Shown one piece after another: positions 18,508 through 28,180 of a DNA stretch of 64,000 nucleotides. The position numbers were made by a program, and so were the translations under genes. Source of the DNA: Planctomycetota bacterium (GTDB lineage: Bacteria > Planctomycetota > SZUA-567 > H5-PLA8); assembly GCA_038227875.1 (NCBI GenBank), contig JBBRPR010000009.1:1-64000 (forward strand). The letters run 5' to 3'. The notes under the pieces were generated by a model, which was not told where the DNA came from, did not search any database, and was given only the letters and a program-made list of their open reading frames with translations. Each line of letters starts with the position of its first letter. The stretch's first letter is position 1.

Positions 18508-19512
18508 ATGAGTTCAATCGCCATACACACCGTCGGTCAGCCTTTCATCATCGCCAATGCGATGGCATACATGGCCTTCACCGATCTGGAGTGGCTCAGC
18601 GATGCGGAATTGGGGCTCGTCTGTTACGCCGGCAAAGCGCACGCGATTCCTTACACGCAAATCGAGCTTCGCCGCTCCCGCGACAACGGGCGCAGCTGGA
18701 CCGGCGGCAAAGTCATCGTCAATCCACAGCAACTGATCGACGTCCGCGATCCGCATCTCGTGCGCTTGAAGAACGGCACGCTGCTGGTCAATTATTTTCT
18801 CTTCCGCGACACCACCGACGGCATCCGCTCGAAAGTCATCGCGTCGACCAATGGCGGCAAGACCTGGTCGCCGCCCGTGACCATCGAAACGCCGCTGACC
18901 TGGAACGCCACGAGCGGCAAGATTTTTGAAGCCGACGACGCGCTGCTGCTGATGACCGTCTACGGCAAGAAGCCCGGCGGCAAGCACGACGAAGCCGGCC
19001 TGCTTGAATCCCGCGACGGCGGCGCGAGCTGGTCGAACTTCCGCGCGCTCGCCGCGCTGCCCAATGCCGACGTGAGCGAAGCGGAGATCGCACGCGTGAG
19101 CGACGGATCGCTGGTCGCGCTGATCCGCGTCGATCCTTCGCGCACGGGACTGCGCACGACGTCCAGCGACAACGGCAAAACGTGGAGCGTTCCCGAGGCG
19201 TGTCCGGTCGGCCATGCGCCGGGACTACTCGTCGACGGGCCGCTGCTGCTGATCAACCATCGCGGCGCCGCTGCTGATCCGAAAGTGATCGACTACGCCG
19301 GACGCGCGACGACGATTTCCGTGAGCTCCGATGGCGGAAAGACGTTCGCGGCGAGTCTCGCTATTGGTCCGGCCGCGGGCGCGGACTGCGCCTACGGCGG
19401 CATCGTGAAATTGCCCAAGGGCGCGGCGGCGCAGTACTTCACGTCCTTCTATGCGCCGGCGGGCCCGGAAGTTTACGTCTTCGGACAGTACTTCAACGTG
19501 ACGGTGGTTTGA
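18508..19512 (+). CDS. BNR/Asp-box sialidase-family protein
   Basis: Five Asp boxes: SRDNGRSW, STNGGKTW, SRDGGASW, SSDNGKTW, SSDGGKTF. Confidence 0.85.
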   Translation: MSSIAIHTVGQPFIIANAMAYMAFTDLEWLSDAELGLVCYAGKAHAIPYTQIELRRSRDNGRSWTGGKVIVNPQQLIDVRDPHLVRLKNGTLLVNYFLFRDTTDGIRSKVIASTNGGKTWSPPVTIETPLTWNATSGKIFEADDALLLMTVYGKKPGGKHDEAGLLESRDGGASWSNFRALAALPNADVSEAEIARVSDGSLVALIRVDPSRTGLRTTSSDNGKTWSVPEACPVGHAPGLLVDGPLLLINHRGAAADPKVIDYAGRATTISVSSDGGKTFAASLAIGPAAGADCAYGGIVKLPKGAAAQYFTSFYAPAGPEVYVFGQYFNVTVV

Positions 19513-21886
19513 CGCCCGATCCGTTTTTCGGCGGTCGATTGCCGTTCAGCGGGCCGTTCGGCGGGCCGTTCGGCGGACCGTTAGGAGGACCGTTGGGCCG
19601 CTCATCTCCGTCTGGAGGCGGGGGCGGATTGTCCATCGGGTCGTAGTCGTCACGCGGCGGCGGACCTCGGCGCGGTCGGGGATCGCGCGGATCGCGGGGA
19701 TCGTCGGGACCGATACCCGGGCCGGGATCGGGATCGGGCGGACCGTCCGGGCCCTGGTCGCGGTTCTGTGGCGGCGGAGGCGCGGCCTGGATGGAGAGCT
19801 GCAGAAATTTCGACGCGCCTTCCTGATCGCCCAGCGCGGCCAGCACCGCCGATTTGCCGCGGTACGCAGTGGCCAATAACGGCCGCGTGCGCTGCGAATT
19901 CTGGATCCGCGGCTCAAGATCGTTGATCGCGTTGTCGACCAGTGTTTTCGCTTCCTGCGGCCGCTTCTGCAGCAGCAGGAATTCCGCCATCGACATCCGC
20001 GCGTGATTGAGATCGAGGTGATTGCGTTCGTCGTCGGGTGCGAGCGCCAGCAACTGGCGGCCGATTTCGACGGCGCGGCGGTGGTATTTTTCGGCATCGG
20101 CGCTGTTGTTCTGTTTCCGGAAACCCGTCGCAAAGCCTTCGTACATCCGCCCCGCGAACGAAAGGTACTCGCCGTTTTTTGGATCCTGTTTCAGCAGCGC
20201 TTCCACGGTGCTCTCTGCGCGGCGGTACGCAACAATCGCCTTATCGAACGCGCCGAGCTGCTTTTGAATATCGCCGACGCGGTTGTGCGCTTTCGCGGCT
20301 TCGAATTGCAGCGTGATGTCGGTCTCGTTCTTCGCCGCGAACTGATCGTAGAAAGTCAGGACGCTCTGCAACATCGCCAGGTTTTCCTTCGACTCCTTGG
20401 GCGGCTGGCGCACCGGTATGGTCCGGTTGGGATCGTACGGGCGGTTATCGGGCCGGCCAAAGGGCACGTCCGGCGGGCCGCCGCCGGGCTGCGGGGCGGA
20501 ATTGGGTTCGAGCTTGTTGAAAATCTGTTCGAAGGCCTGCAGGCACATCTGCACGTTATCTTCCGCGCGTTTTTGAGCGGCGTCGGCGTCGGCGCGGCGC
20601 TGGGATTCCCGGGCCAGCGCGTCGGTGGTCTTGACGTAACCGACCCAGCCCACGATCAGCGCGAGCACCAGCGAGGCCGCGACGGCGGCGAGCAATCCCG
20701 CAACCGCGCGATTGCGCCGGCACCAGCGCAGCAGCCGTTCGGCTGGGCCCACCGCGCGCGCGAGCACGGGGCGATCGTCGATAAATCGCCGCAGATCGTC
20801 GGCGAGGGCTTCGGCCGAGCGGTAGCGCTGGTTGGGATCGTGTGCGCCGGCCTTCAGTATGATATTTTCCAGATCGCGCGGCACGTCCGCGTTGATCCTG
20901 CGCGGCGACGACAACTCGCGCTGGTCCATCTCGCGCAGCATGTTCACCGCGCTGGATTCGCCGAACGGCTGGCGCAACGTCAGCAATTCAAAGAGCACCA
21001 GCGCGAGGCTGTAGACGTCGCTGCGCGGATCGGCCTTGTTCTGCACCGTCTCCGGCGCCATGTACTGCAGCGTGCCGATAATGTCGCCGGTCTGCGTCAG
21101 GTCGTCGTGCGCCGCAAGCTTGGCCAGCCCGAAGTCGGCGACCCACGCCGCGCCCTGCTGATCGAGAATGATGTTTGCCGGCTTGACGTCGCGGTGCAGC
21201 GTCCCTTGCAAGTGCGCGTGATGGAGCGCCTCCGCGACCTGCACGCCGACGCGCGCGACCCACTGAAAGTATGCCGACGTTTTGGGATTGGGCACCGTCG
21301 ACGGCACGGCCGTCTTCTTGCGCAGACCTTCCAGGATCGAATTGAGCGCCTGGCCATCGATGAACTGCATCACGTAGTAATGCAGCCCGTCGTTCTCGCC
21401 GTTGCCGAAGACAGGGACGATGTTGGTGTGATGGAGCTGCGCCGCGGCTTTCGCTTCGCGTTTGAAGCGCTGCAGTCGCGTGTCATCCAGCAACGAATAA
21501 TGTGGCAGTACTTTCAGCGCCACGCGCCGCGAGAGCGGCACCTGCTCCGCTTCGTAGACGATGCCCATGCCGCCGCGGCCGACTTCGCGGATGATCTTGA
21601 ATTCGCCGAGTTGCTCAAGCGTCGCCGTGTTGCTTGCTTGAGCAGTGACATTCAGTCCGCCGACCGCCATCCCCGCCGGACGTCGCACAACCGTCGGCGC
21701 GTCGCGCTTGCCTTTCAGCTGCTCCATCATCTGCACGGGCGGGAAGAGCATCTTGATGTCGTCGGCCCATTGCGGGTACTTGGCGACGTATTCGTCGATG
21801 GTCGGATTTTCGCCCAGCCGGCAGCGCCGCGCGAATTCCTCCGCCAGCAGATCGATCGGGTTGCGTTCCGATGAGTTATCGGTCAT
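19493..21886 (-). CDS. Hanks-type Ser/Thr kinase with TM, TPR-like region and Pro-rich tail
   Basis: GRGGMGIVY, VALK, HRDVKPAN, DFGLA, GTLQYMAPE; TM after the kinase domain; NGPP repeats. Confidence 0.95.
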   Translation of the reverse strand: MTDNSSERNPIDLLAEEFARRCRLGENPTIDEYVAKYPQWADDIKMLFPPVQMMEQLKGKRDAPTVVRRPAGMAVGGLNVTAQASNTATLEQLGEFKIIREVGRGGMGIVYEAEQVPLSRRVALKVLPHYSLLDDTRLQRFKREAKAAAQLHHTNIVPVFGNGENDGLHYYVMQFIDGQALNSILEGLRKKTAVPSTVPNPKTSAYFQWVARVGVQVAEALHHAHLQGTLHRDVKPANIILDQQGAAWVADFGLAKLAAHDDLTQTGDIIGTLQYMAPETVQNKADPRSDVYSLALVLFELLTLRQPFGESSAVNMLREMDQRELSSPRRINADVPRDLENIILKAGAHDPNQRYRSAEALADDLRRFIDDRPVLARAVGPAERLLRWCRRNRAVAGLLAAVAASLVLALIVGWVGYVKTTDALARESQRRADADAAQKRAEDNVQMCLQAFEQIFNKLEPNSAPQPGGGPPDVPFGRPDNRPYDPNRTIPVRQPPKESKENLAMLQSVLTFYDQFAAKNETDITLQFEAAKAHNRVGDIQKQLGAFDKAIVAYRRAESTVEALLKQDPKNGEYLSFAGRMYEGFATGFRKQNNSADAEKYHRRAVEIGRQLLALAPDDERNHLDLNHARMSMAEFLLLQKRPQEAKTLVDNAINDLEPRIQNSQRTRPLLATAYRGKSAVLAALGDQEGASKFLQLSIQAAPPPPQNRDQGPDGPPDPDPGPGIGPDDPRDPRDPRPRRGPPPRDDYDPMDNPPPPPDGDERPNGPPNGPPNGPPNGPLNGNRPPKNGSGVKPPSR

Positions 21887-22538
21887 CGCTCCGCTCTCCG
21901 GTCGGAGTGATGGAGCCGCTGCCCTGCAGGCCGGCGAGCTCTTCCTTCAGGCGGCGCAGCGCGCGGATGTAGCGATTGCTCGCCGCCGATTTCTGCAGCC
22001 CGAGATACGCCGCGACTTCGTCGTTGCTCAATTCTTCGAAATGGCGCAGCGCGAGCACTTCACGGTCGAGCGGGTCCATGTTGTTGAACGCGTGCTCGAC
22101 CTGCGCCAGCAATTCCTTGCGCATCATCGCCTGGCTGGGCGATTCCATCTGCGCGGCCAGGCACTTGGCGAGGATCACGGAACTGACCTGCGGCAGGACG
22201 GTGTCTTCGAGATGAACTTCGTTTTCCGCGCTGCGCATCTGCGCGCCGAGGTGCTGGCGGTGGACATCGACGATGCGCTGGCTGGCAACCAGGCGCAACC
22301 AGACATGAAAGGGGAGATCGGGCTTCTTCAAGAAGTGTTCGAGGCGCTGCAACGCGTCGAGGTACGTTTCCTGGAGCACGTCGGAACACGACACGCGCCC
22401 GTTGAGCCGCGCGTCGAGCCGGAAGTCGACCATGCGCCGCAGCTGCTCGCGGTAAATGTCGAACAACTCGCCGAGGGCGGACTTATCACCGCCGCGCAGG
22501 CGCTGGAGCAGCGGTTCGAGTTCGGCAGGACTTTCCAC
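21876..22538 (-). CDS. ECF sigma factor, planctomycete kinase-associated type
   Basis: RVSCSDVLQET, VDVHRQHLGAQMR, REVLALRHFEELSNDEVA...YIRALRRL; overlaps the kinase start. Confidence 0.93.
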   Translation of the reverse strand: MESPAELEPLLQRLRGGDKSALGELFDIYREQLRRMVDFRLDARLNGRVSCSDVLQETYLDALQRLEHFLKKPDLPFHVWLRLVASQRIVDVHRQHLGAQMRSAENEVHLEDTVLPQVSSVILAKCLAAQMESPSQAMMRKELLAQVEHAFNNMDPLDREVLALRHFEELSNDEVAAYLGLQKSAASNRYIRALRRLKEELAGLQGSGSITPTGERSDDR

Positions 22539-22737
22539 GTTCCATCTCCAGGCACAATACAGGCATACGCTCTCCTTAAGTTAACGGAAAATCGGGCGAC
22601 TCGTACACCAGAAATGCCCGCCAAATATTTTACCGCAAATCCTGTGTACGGCGGGGATTTGTCACGTTTGAAGAAAGAGAGAGAGCCAAGAGCCAAGAGC
22701 TAAGCGCCACACTGCAAAACAACATTGGAGGATCACA

Positions 22738-23625
22738 ATGACGTACCCAACAGGCACGAAATGGCTGAGCACCCTTGTACTGGGACTCGTGACGACCGGC
22801 TGTGTGCTGGGCGCCGATGTTCAGCCGCAGGATAAGAAACGCCCGCCGCCGCCTGGAAACCGCGACAACGGCCAGGGTGGGCAGGGCGACCAGGGCGGAC
22901 AGAATGGCGGCGACAATCACCGTCCGCCGCGCCCGCACGGTCCGCCGCCGCCGGACATTTTCTTTCAGCACTTCGATGCCAATCAGGATGGCGAAGTGAC
23001 GATGGACGAATTCGTTCAAGGCCATCAGCAGCCGCCTCCTCGTCCGCCCCAGGATGATGCCAACAACGACGGCCCGCCGCCTCCGCCACCGGACGGCGAC
23101 AACGGAGACGCGCCGCCGCCGCCGCAGGGCAAGAAAGGCAACGCGAACAACGGCGGACCGCAGAACGGCCCACCGCGAGGCGGTAATCAAGCCGGCGGCG
23201 GCGGACACCGACCTCCGCCACCTCCACCGCCTCAAGGCAATGATGGTGCAGCAACTGGCAACGGGAATGGAAACGGCAATCGGAAGGTCGGTGGCCGCCA
23301 GCAATCCGCCGACACCACGACGACCAACGCTGGCGGGAACAACCGTCCCGCTCCGTCGCCGCCACCGCAGGACAATGGCGATCAGGCCGATCAGCCCGAC
23401 GAACAGCGCCCGCCGCCGCCGCCGAAAATGAGCGCCGACGAACTGAAGCGCCGCTTCCAGCACCTGGATACAAACGGCGACGGCAAAATCACCCGCGCGG
23501 AGTACGAGCAGGTCTGGAATCAGGACAAGGACAACCCGCCGCCGCCTCCGCAAGACCGCGGAGCTCAAGGCCCGAAGCCGGCGAAGTCGGGCGGCGGAAC
23601 GGGAGGTCCGGATAAGCAGTTCTGA
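22738..23625 (+). CDS. Exported Pro/Gly/Asn-rich EF-hand protein
   Basis: GGAGG RBS, signal peptide, EF-hands DANQDGEVTMDEF and DTNGDGKITRAEY. Confidence 0.85.
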   Translation: MTYPTGTKWLSTLVLGLVTTGCVLGADVQPQDKKRPPPPGNRDNGQGGQGDQGGQNGGDNHRPPRPHGPPPPDIFFQHFDANQDGEVTMDEFVQGHQQPPPRPPQDDANNDGPPPPPPDGDNGDAPPPPQGKKGNANNGGPQNGPPRGGNQAGGGGHRPPPPPPPQGNDGAATGNGNGNGNRKVGGRQQSADTTTTNAGGNNRPAPSPPPQDNGDQADQPDEQRPPPPPKMSADELKRRFQHLDTNGDGKITRAEYEQVWNQDKDNPPPPPQDRGAQGPKPAKSGGGTGGPDKQF

Positions 23626-23664
23626 GGAATGTCGGGAATGTCGAAAGAGGAATGTCGAATGTCG

Positions 23665-23698
23665 AAAAAACGCGCCGCTAAATGCGGCGCGTTCTTTT
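23665..23698 (+). terminator. Intrinsic terminator of the EF-hand gene
   Basis: AACGCGCCGC-TAAAT-GCGGCGCGTT followed by CTTTT. Confidence 0.75.
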
Positions 23699-23715
23699 GT
23701 CCTTGGGAAGCATCT

Positions 23716-23803
23716 GGAAAATTTTCCCTATGTTGGCTTTTGACCACCTGGCAAATTTGCCAGGTGGTCACCTCGCAATATCCTGTCACGAATTCGCGAC
23801 AGG
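23716..23803. repeat. Cluster of three loopless palindromes
   Basis: GGAAAATTTTCC; perfect 30-bp TGACCACCTGGCAAATTTGCCAGGTGGTCA; CCTGTCACGAATTCGCGACAGG (one mismatch). Confidence 0.8.
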
Positions 23804-23822
23804 GTTCAAAACAGAGAGCAGC

Positions 23823-23852
23823 AAAAAGAAACTCCCCGCTTTCGCGGGGAGT
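23823..23852 (-). terminator. Intrinsic terminator of the pseudopilin operon
   Basis: ACTCCCCGC-GAAA-GCGGGGAGT then TTCTTTTT on the minus strand. Confidence 0.8.
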
Positions 23853-23882
23853 ATCATTTCAGTCCTCAGTCCTCGTCTGGCC

Positions 23883-26750
23883 TCAGTCGCCGAGCGAGCG
23901 CTTATCGCTCAACTGGCTGCGCTGCCAGAGGACTTCGTCTTTCAACGCGTCGTAGACGGCTTCGAGTCGGCGCTCGCCCAGCGAGCGCGGCGCGGTCGCG
24001 CCTTGCAGCAGCCCACGGCCCAGCACGTAGACGCCGTAGTAGCGGGAGCGGAAGGCGAACTGGGGGGACCAGTTGGCGTCGCCGTTGCCTTTGAAACCCG
24101 AGCCGTCGGTGCTCCCCAGCGCGGGCGTGCCCAGCGTGATGGGGTTGTTGAGCGTGGGGGCTTTCGCGGTTGAGTAAAGACCGGTGGTGTCTTCGGGGTC
24201 TCCATGTACCTGTACTGTGCCGTAGTCATAGCTCGTGTCGGGTGTGGTGAAAGTCCAGTCGTCGAAGGACATCTGATAGAATCCCGATCGGCCATCGGTG
24301 TAGACGCTGTTGTAGGGCCGGCAGCGGCAGCACTTGATGTCGGTCACGTGCTGGACGCTGTCGATCGTAGGCGGCACCCAACCGTGAGCGGCATCTGGCA
24401 CCGGCGCGGGGTTACCGGGTGTGATAGGAAGTTCGTAGAATAACTTCAACTGATAGAGCGCGCCGGTTCTGGTACTCATATCGCCGATGACTTTGCCGAT
24501 GGTCATTCCTGTATAGGGGCCGGTGGTGATAGGGATTTTGCTTATGATTGGCTCGAATACTGAAACAGCAGCATGGAGGGTGGCGTCGTTGGAGTGGAGC
24601 TTGGCGTATTCGAAGATTGCGTTGTCTATTTCCGGCCAGATGCTCTCGAGTAAATTAGCGTCGGCAAAATAGCTGTAGTAGCTGGGGCGGTTGAGCGACG
24701 TCCAGGTCTTGGCGATGCCGTCACCGGTCGGATTGGTGATGATCTTGGTCGGATTGGCCGGATTGTCGTAAACGTCATCGCCCTGCGGCGTGGTGTTCAT
24801 TTTCGGATGTCCGGCACCGTCGGTGCCCATCGTTATAACCGTCGCGCCGGGTCCGACGTTATCGCCGGGAAAACCGACCTGCGCGTCGTCGTTGACGTAA
24901 ATCGTTGTGATGCTGTTGATGACGTTGTTGAATTCCTTGGCAGTAAGCAACGAGCCTTCAGCAATTGCCTGATCACGTTCGGCAACGGAACCGAAGAAGT
25001 AGCGGAAGCGATTCTTCTGAGAGGAAGGCCAGTTTGCGCCGTGAAATTTCGGATGCAGATCGTAGACGCCTGGAATTTCCAGGAACTGTGAGAGCGTCAA
25101 TTCCGGCGTCTGAACCAGCGTCCACATCGCGTACGTCGGATCAGTGGCAGCAGGAGCGGGCGTTCCCGTCGGGAAAGTGGTGTTGCCGGGTCCGTAACGT
25201 CGGCCAATGTTCAAATAGATCATGTAGACAATTGGGGCCGGGTCGTTGGCATCCCACCAAGTCGGATCGTTGGTCCACATGGGATCCGTGTCGGGCGGAA
25301 GAATGTCGGGATTCGCAATGCCCGCCGACGCATCCGTCTGGTCGCCGGAGAAGCCGCCCGTGCCGAGGATCTGCGCCGCAAGGAAGTCTTCGAAATCCAT
25401 GCGGCAGAGGAACGGCCGCTTGGAGACGATGCGCTGCGCCAGCCGCGCGGCCTTGTTGCCGGCCGTCAGGCCCAGTGGCGTGGTGGAATCGTCCGACGGA
25501 ATCTGCGAGAGCGCCGCGGCGATCACTTCCAGTGGCGCGGTGTTGACGTTGATCGCGGAACTCCAGTCTTTGCAGAACTTGAGATTCAGCGGGAGAGCGA
25601 AATCGGCGGTGTCCTTGTAGGGCGTGATGTACGTGTCGAGCGTGTTGCGCGATTTTTCGTACGCGGGGCTGGGCGCGGTGCCGTTGGTCGAGGGCATGTT
25701 CAGCGCCAGTTCACTGTTCGAGCGGACGACAGGGTAGCGCGAATCGTTGGTGACAGCTGAGGGCGAGAGACTGTCCAGGTAGGCGATGTCACCGGCATTC
25801 ACAAACACGCCGAGATTGGTAAGAACATTCTGGCGAATCGTGGACGGCGTCGGCGCATAGAACGTGTTCGTGTTGTCCACGCCCCAATCCTGCAGCACGG
25901 CGTAGAACTTCGCGTCCATGTCCGTGATCCATGTGTAGTATTCCCCGCGCGGCGCCGTTGCGCTCAGGTGGCCGAGTTCCTTGATGTTGGCGTTGGCTAC
26001 GGGGAGGTAAAAATCGCCGACGCTGCCGTTTCCGGTGGCGACGACATTGCGCCGGGCGAAATCCAGGACGCCGATCTGGACGTTGGCCGTGTGCGTCAGC
26101 GTAAAGTTCGCCTGAAAAGATGTGTGTCCAACATCGACGTCGAGCACTGTCACGGTCTCGTCGTTCGGCGCGGTGTCGATGACCAGCTCGGTTCCGATTT
26201 CGATATGCAGCATCGACAGCGGCGAAACGAACTGCGTGCCCGCCGTCGAATTGCCGGCGGGGATCTGCGTTCCCGTTGGGATGCGCGTGCCACCCAGCAT
26301 TTCCGTGGTGTAGTGTGGGCCAGAGTAGTTCCACGTGTCGCCGTTGTAATCGGTCAGCGAGAGCAATCCGCGCACGCCGGTCTTGTCGTAGCCGCGGAAT
26401 TGTGCCAACGGGCTGATCGTCGGCGCAGTGTTGGCGATGACTTCCGCGTCGGTCGACGGCTGTACAGAGTATGTCGCGCTGGTTGGTTCGTAAACAGCGC
26501 GGTCCGTGCAGATCGTGTAGCGCAGCACGTTGGATCTCAGCGTACGCAGGGCGATTTCCATGCCGGACTTCGCCGCGATTTCGTCCTGCTGGTTAGTCAG
26601 CACGCTCGTCGACGCCTTGCTGCTCTGCCGTACGGAAAGTAAGAACGCAGTACCCAGCATCGCCAGGATCGAAAGCAGCACGATCGCGAAGATCAGCACA
26701 CTGCCGCGCGGATGGGGCTGTCGGCTGGAATAGGTTTGCAACTGGCGCAT
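23883..26750 (-). CDS. Large PilX/GspK-like minor pseudopilin
   Basis: RG|SVLIFAIVLLSILAML prepilin site without Glu5; INVNTAPLEVIAAAL motif typical of GspK-like proteins. Confidence 0.78.
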   Translation of the reverse strand: MRQLQTYSSRQPHPRGSVLIFAIVLLSILAMLGTAFLLSVRQSSKASTSVLTNQQDEIAAKSGMEIALRTLRSNVLRYTICTDRAVYEPTSATYSVQPSTDAEVIANTAPTISPLAQFRGYDKTGVRGLLSLTDYNGDTWNYSGPHYTTEMLGGTRIPTGTQIPAGNSTAGTQFVSPLSMLHIEIGTELVIDTAPNDETVTVLDVDVGHTSFQANFTLTHTANVQIGVLDFARRNVVATGNGSVGDFYLPVANANIKELGHLSATAPRGEYYTWITDMDAKFYAVLQDWGVDNTNTFYAPTPSTIRQNVLTNLGVFVNAGDIAYLDSLSPSAVTNDSRYPVVRSNSELALNMPSTNGTAPSPAYEKSRNTLDTYITPYKDTADFALPLNLKFCKDWSSAINVNTAPLEVIAAALSQIPSDDSTTPLGLTAGNKAARLAQRIVSKRPFLCRMDFEDFLAAQILGTGGFSGDQTDASAGIANPDILPPDTDPMWTNDPTWWDANDPAPIVYMIYLNIGRRYGPGNTTFPTGTPAPAATDPTYAMWTLVQTPELTLSQFLEIPGVYDLHPKFHGANWPSSQKNRFRYFFGSVAERDQAIAEGSLLTAKEFNNVINSITTIYVNDDAQVGFPGDNVGPGATVITMGTDGAGHPKMNTTPQGDDVYDNPANPTKIITNPTGDGIAKTWTSLNRPSYYSYFADANLLESIWPEIDNAIFEYAKLHSNDATLHAAVSVFEPIISKIPITTGPYTGMTIGKVIGDMSTRTGALYQLKLFYELPITPGNPAPVPDAAHGWVPPTIDSVQHVTDIKCCRCRPYNSVYTDGRSGFYQMSFDDWTFTTPDTSYDYGTVQVHGDPEDTTGLYSTAKAPTLNNPITLGTPALGSTDGSGFKGNGDANWSPQFAFRSRYYGVYVLGRGLLQGATAPRSLGERRLEAVYDALKDEVLWQRSQLSDKRSLGD

Positions 26751-26780
26751 CAACACATTCCTTCTTTTACGACGCTGCAA

Positions 26781-27482
26781 TTAAGGTGCGCGGAAAACGT
26801 CGGGCACCGGGATCGTTTTTTCGAACACACGCTTGGTCTGGGCCAGGTTGTCCACAGCCAGATTTGCACCATTGTAGCCAAACAGAAACAGCTTCACTCG
26901 CAAATGGGTCGTCGCCGGCGAGCAGGGCGGGGAGGCGCTGACGAACATGTTCTTGGCCGTGTCCTGCCACTGGCAGGGCGAGACGAGAATCGCGAAGGCC
27001 TGGTCGAAGAGAGCGGAATCGTCGTTGCTGAAGTCGATCGGGTTGGCGGCAGTCGTCGGCGACTGGAAGGTCTGGCGGCAGAGATGTCCGAGATTGTTGA
27101 TGTAGTAGCGCACGAAAATGTACTGGTCGGTCAGACCGCGATTGTCGGCGCGCATGAAGAATTCGATGCGGTCATTGGTCACAGCGATCGGGACTTTGTT
27201 CACGGTCATCGGCTGGCCGGGTGTTTCGGTCACCATGTTCGGCAGGTTGACGTTGACGCTGTCGATCGGGTACGCCGAGGCAAGGTCCTTCTGCAACATG
27301 TCGAAGAACAGCCGCGCGTTTTCGGTGGCGTGAATGCGTGCTTCGGATTCGCGCCGGGCCTGAATTGAGCTGCTGATCGCGGTGAATCCCACCGTGAAAA
27401 TGATCAGCCCGATGAAAATCGCGACCATCATTTCAATCAGCGTAAAGCCGCGACTGCTGCGCGCGTGAGGTGTAAGGATCAT
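26781..27482 (-). CDS. Prepilin-type protein (PilW/GspJ-like)
   Basis: RG|FTLIEMMVAI; ARLFFDMLQKDLASA. Confidence 0.88.
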   Translation of the reverse strand: MILTPHARSSRGFTLIEMMVAIFIGLIIFTVGFTAISSSIQARRESEARIHATENARLFFDMLQKDLASAYPIDSVNVNLPNMVTETPGQPMTVNKVPIAVTNDRIEFFMRADNRGLTDQYIFVRYYINNLGHLCRQTFQSPTTAANPIDFSNDDSALFDQAFAILVSPCQWQDTAKNMFVSASPPCSPATTHLRVKLFLFGYNGANLAVDNLAQTKRVFEKTIPVPDVFRAP

Positions 27483-28177
27483 TCGGCGACCCTCGAGCGC
27501 AGGAAGACGACCATCGGATCGGAAATCTGTTCGAGCTTCTTGTTGCCGTTGGAACAGAGCACGGTCGGGTTGAGGTCCTTGTAGACCGTCGCGGTCAGCA
27601 CGTACATGCCTTCATAGGAGAACGACGTCCCGGCGATCCAGTCGGGGTGGCGTTCGAGCTTGTACAGCACGCGAAAGCCCGGCGCGCCGCCGCTCGGAAT
27701 CGCACCGAAGCCCAGCCCGTAATACTTTGGCGAGGGCGTGAACGGCCAGGCCAGCACGTTGGTCATCAGCACCGGCCGGTAGGTGTTCAAGACCACGCCC
27801 GGTGAGCCGTTGGCGCTGGTCTGCGTGCCGGCAAAGCTTCCGGCTTTGCAATTGGGCCAGGTGCCGTCGCCAGTGGGCAGGGTCTCGACATACAGCCCGA
27901 TTTCGTCATCGGCCACGGTGCCGACTCCCGGCATCGGACGGGTGATGAGATGGATGCGCTTGATGTCTTCGATCGCTTCCTGAAGCACGATGGCCGCGGC
28001 GTTGCGGTCCGATGTGGACTGTGCGGCGCGCGAACTGCCATAGACCAGCGACATCGCTCCGGCCAGTCCGATCGCCAGCACCATCATCGCCGTGAGCACT
28101 TCGATCAACGTGAAGCCGCCGGCCGGGCGCGAGGCACGGAAGGGGTACGAAGTTGACGTGTGCTGAACTAGGGACAT
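27479..28177 (-). CDS. Prepilin-type protein (PilV/GspI-like)
   Basis: GG|FTLIEVLTAMMVLAIGL. Confidence 0.88.
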   Translation of the reverse strand: MSLVQHTSTSYPFRASRPAGGFTLIEVLTAMMVLAIGLAGAMSLVYGSSRAAQSTSDRNAAAIVLQEAIEDIKRIHLITRPMPGVGTVADDEIGLYVETLPTGDGTWPNCKAGSFAGTQTSANGSPGVVLNTYRPVLMTNVLAWPFTPSPKYYGLGFGAIPSGGAPGFRVLYKLERHPDWIAGTSFSYEGMYVLTATVYKDLNPTVLCSNGNKKLEQISDPMVVFLRSRVAE

Positions 28178-28180
28178 TCG

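Noticed and set aside
20003..21874. 623-aa plus-strand ORF
   Set aside because: Antisense shadow of the kinase gene.
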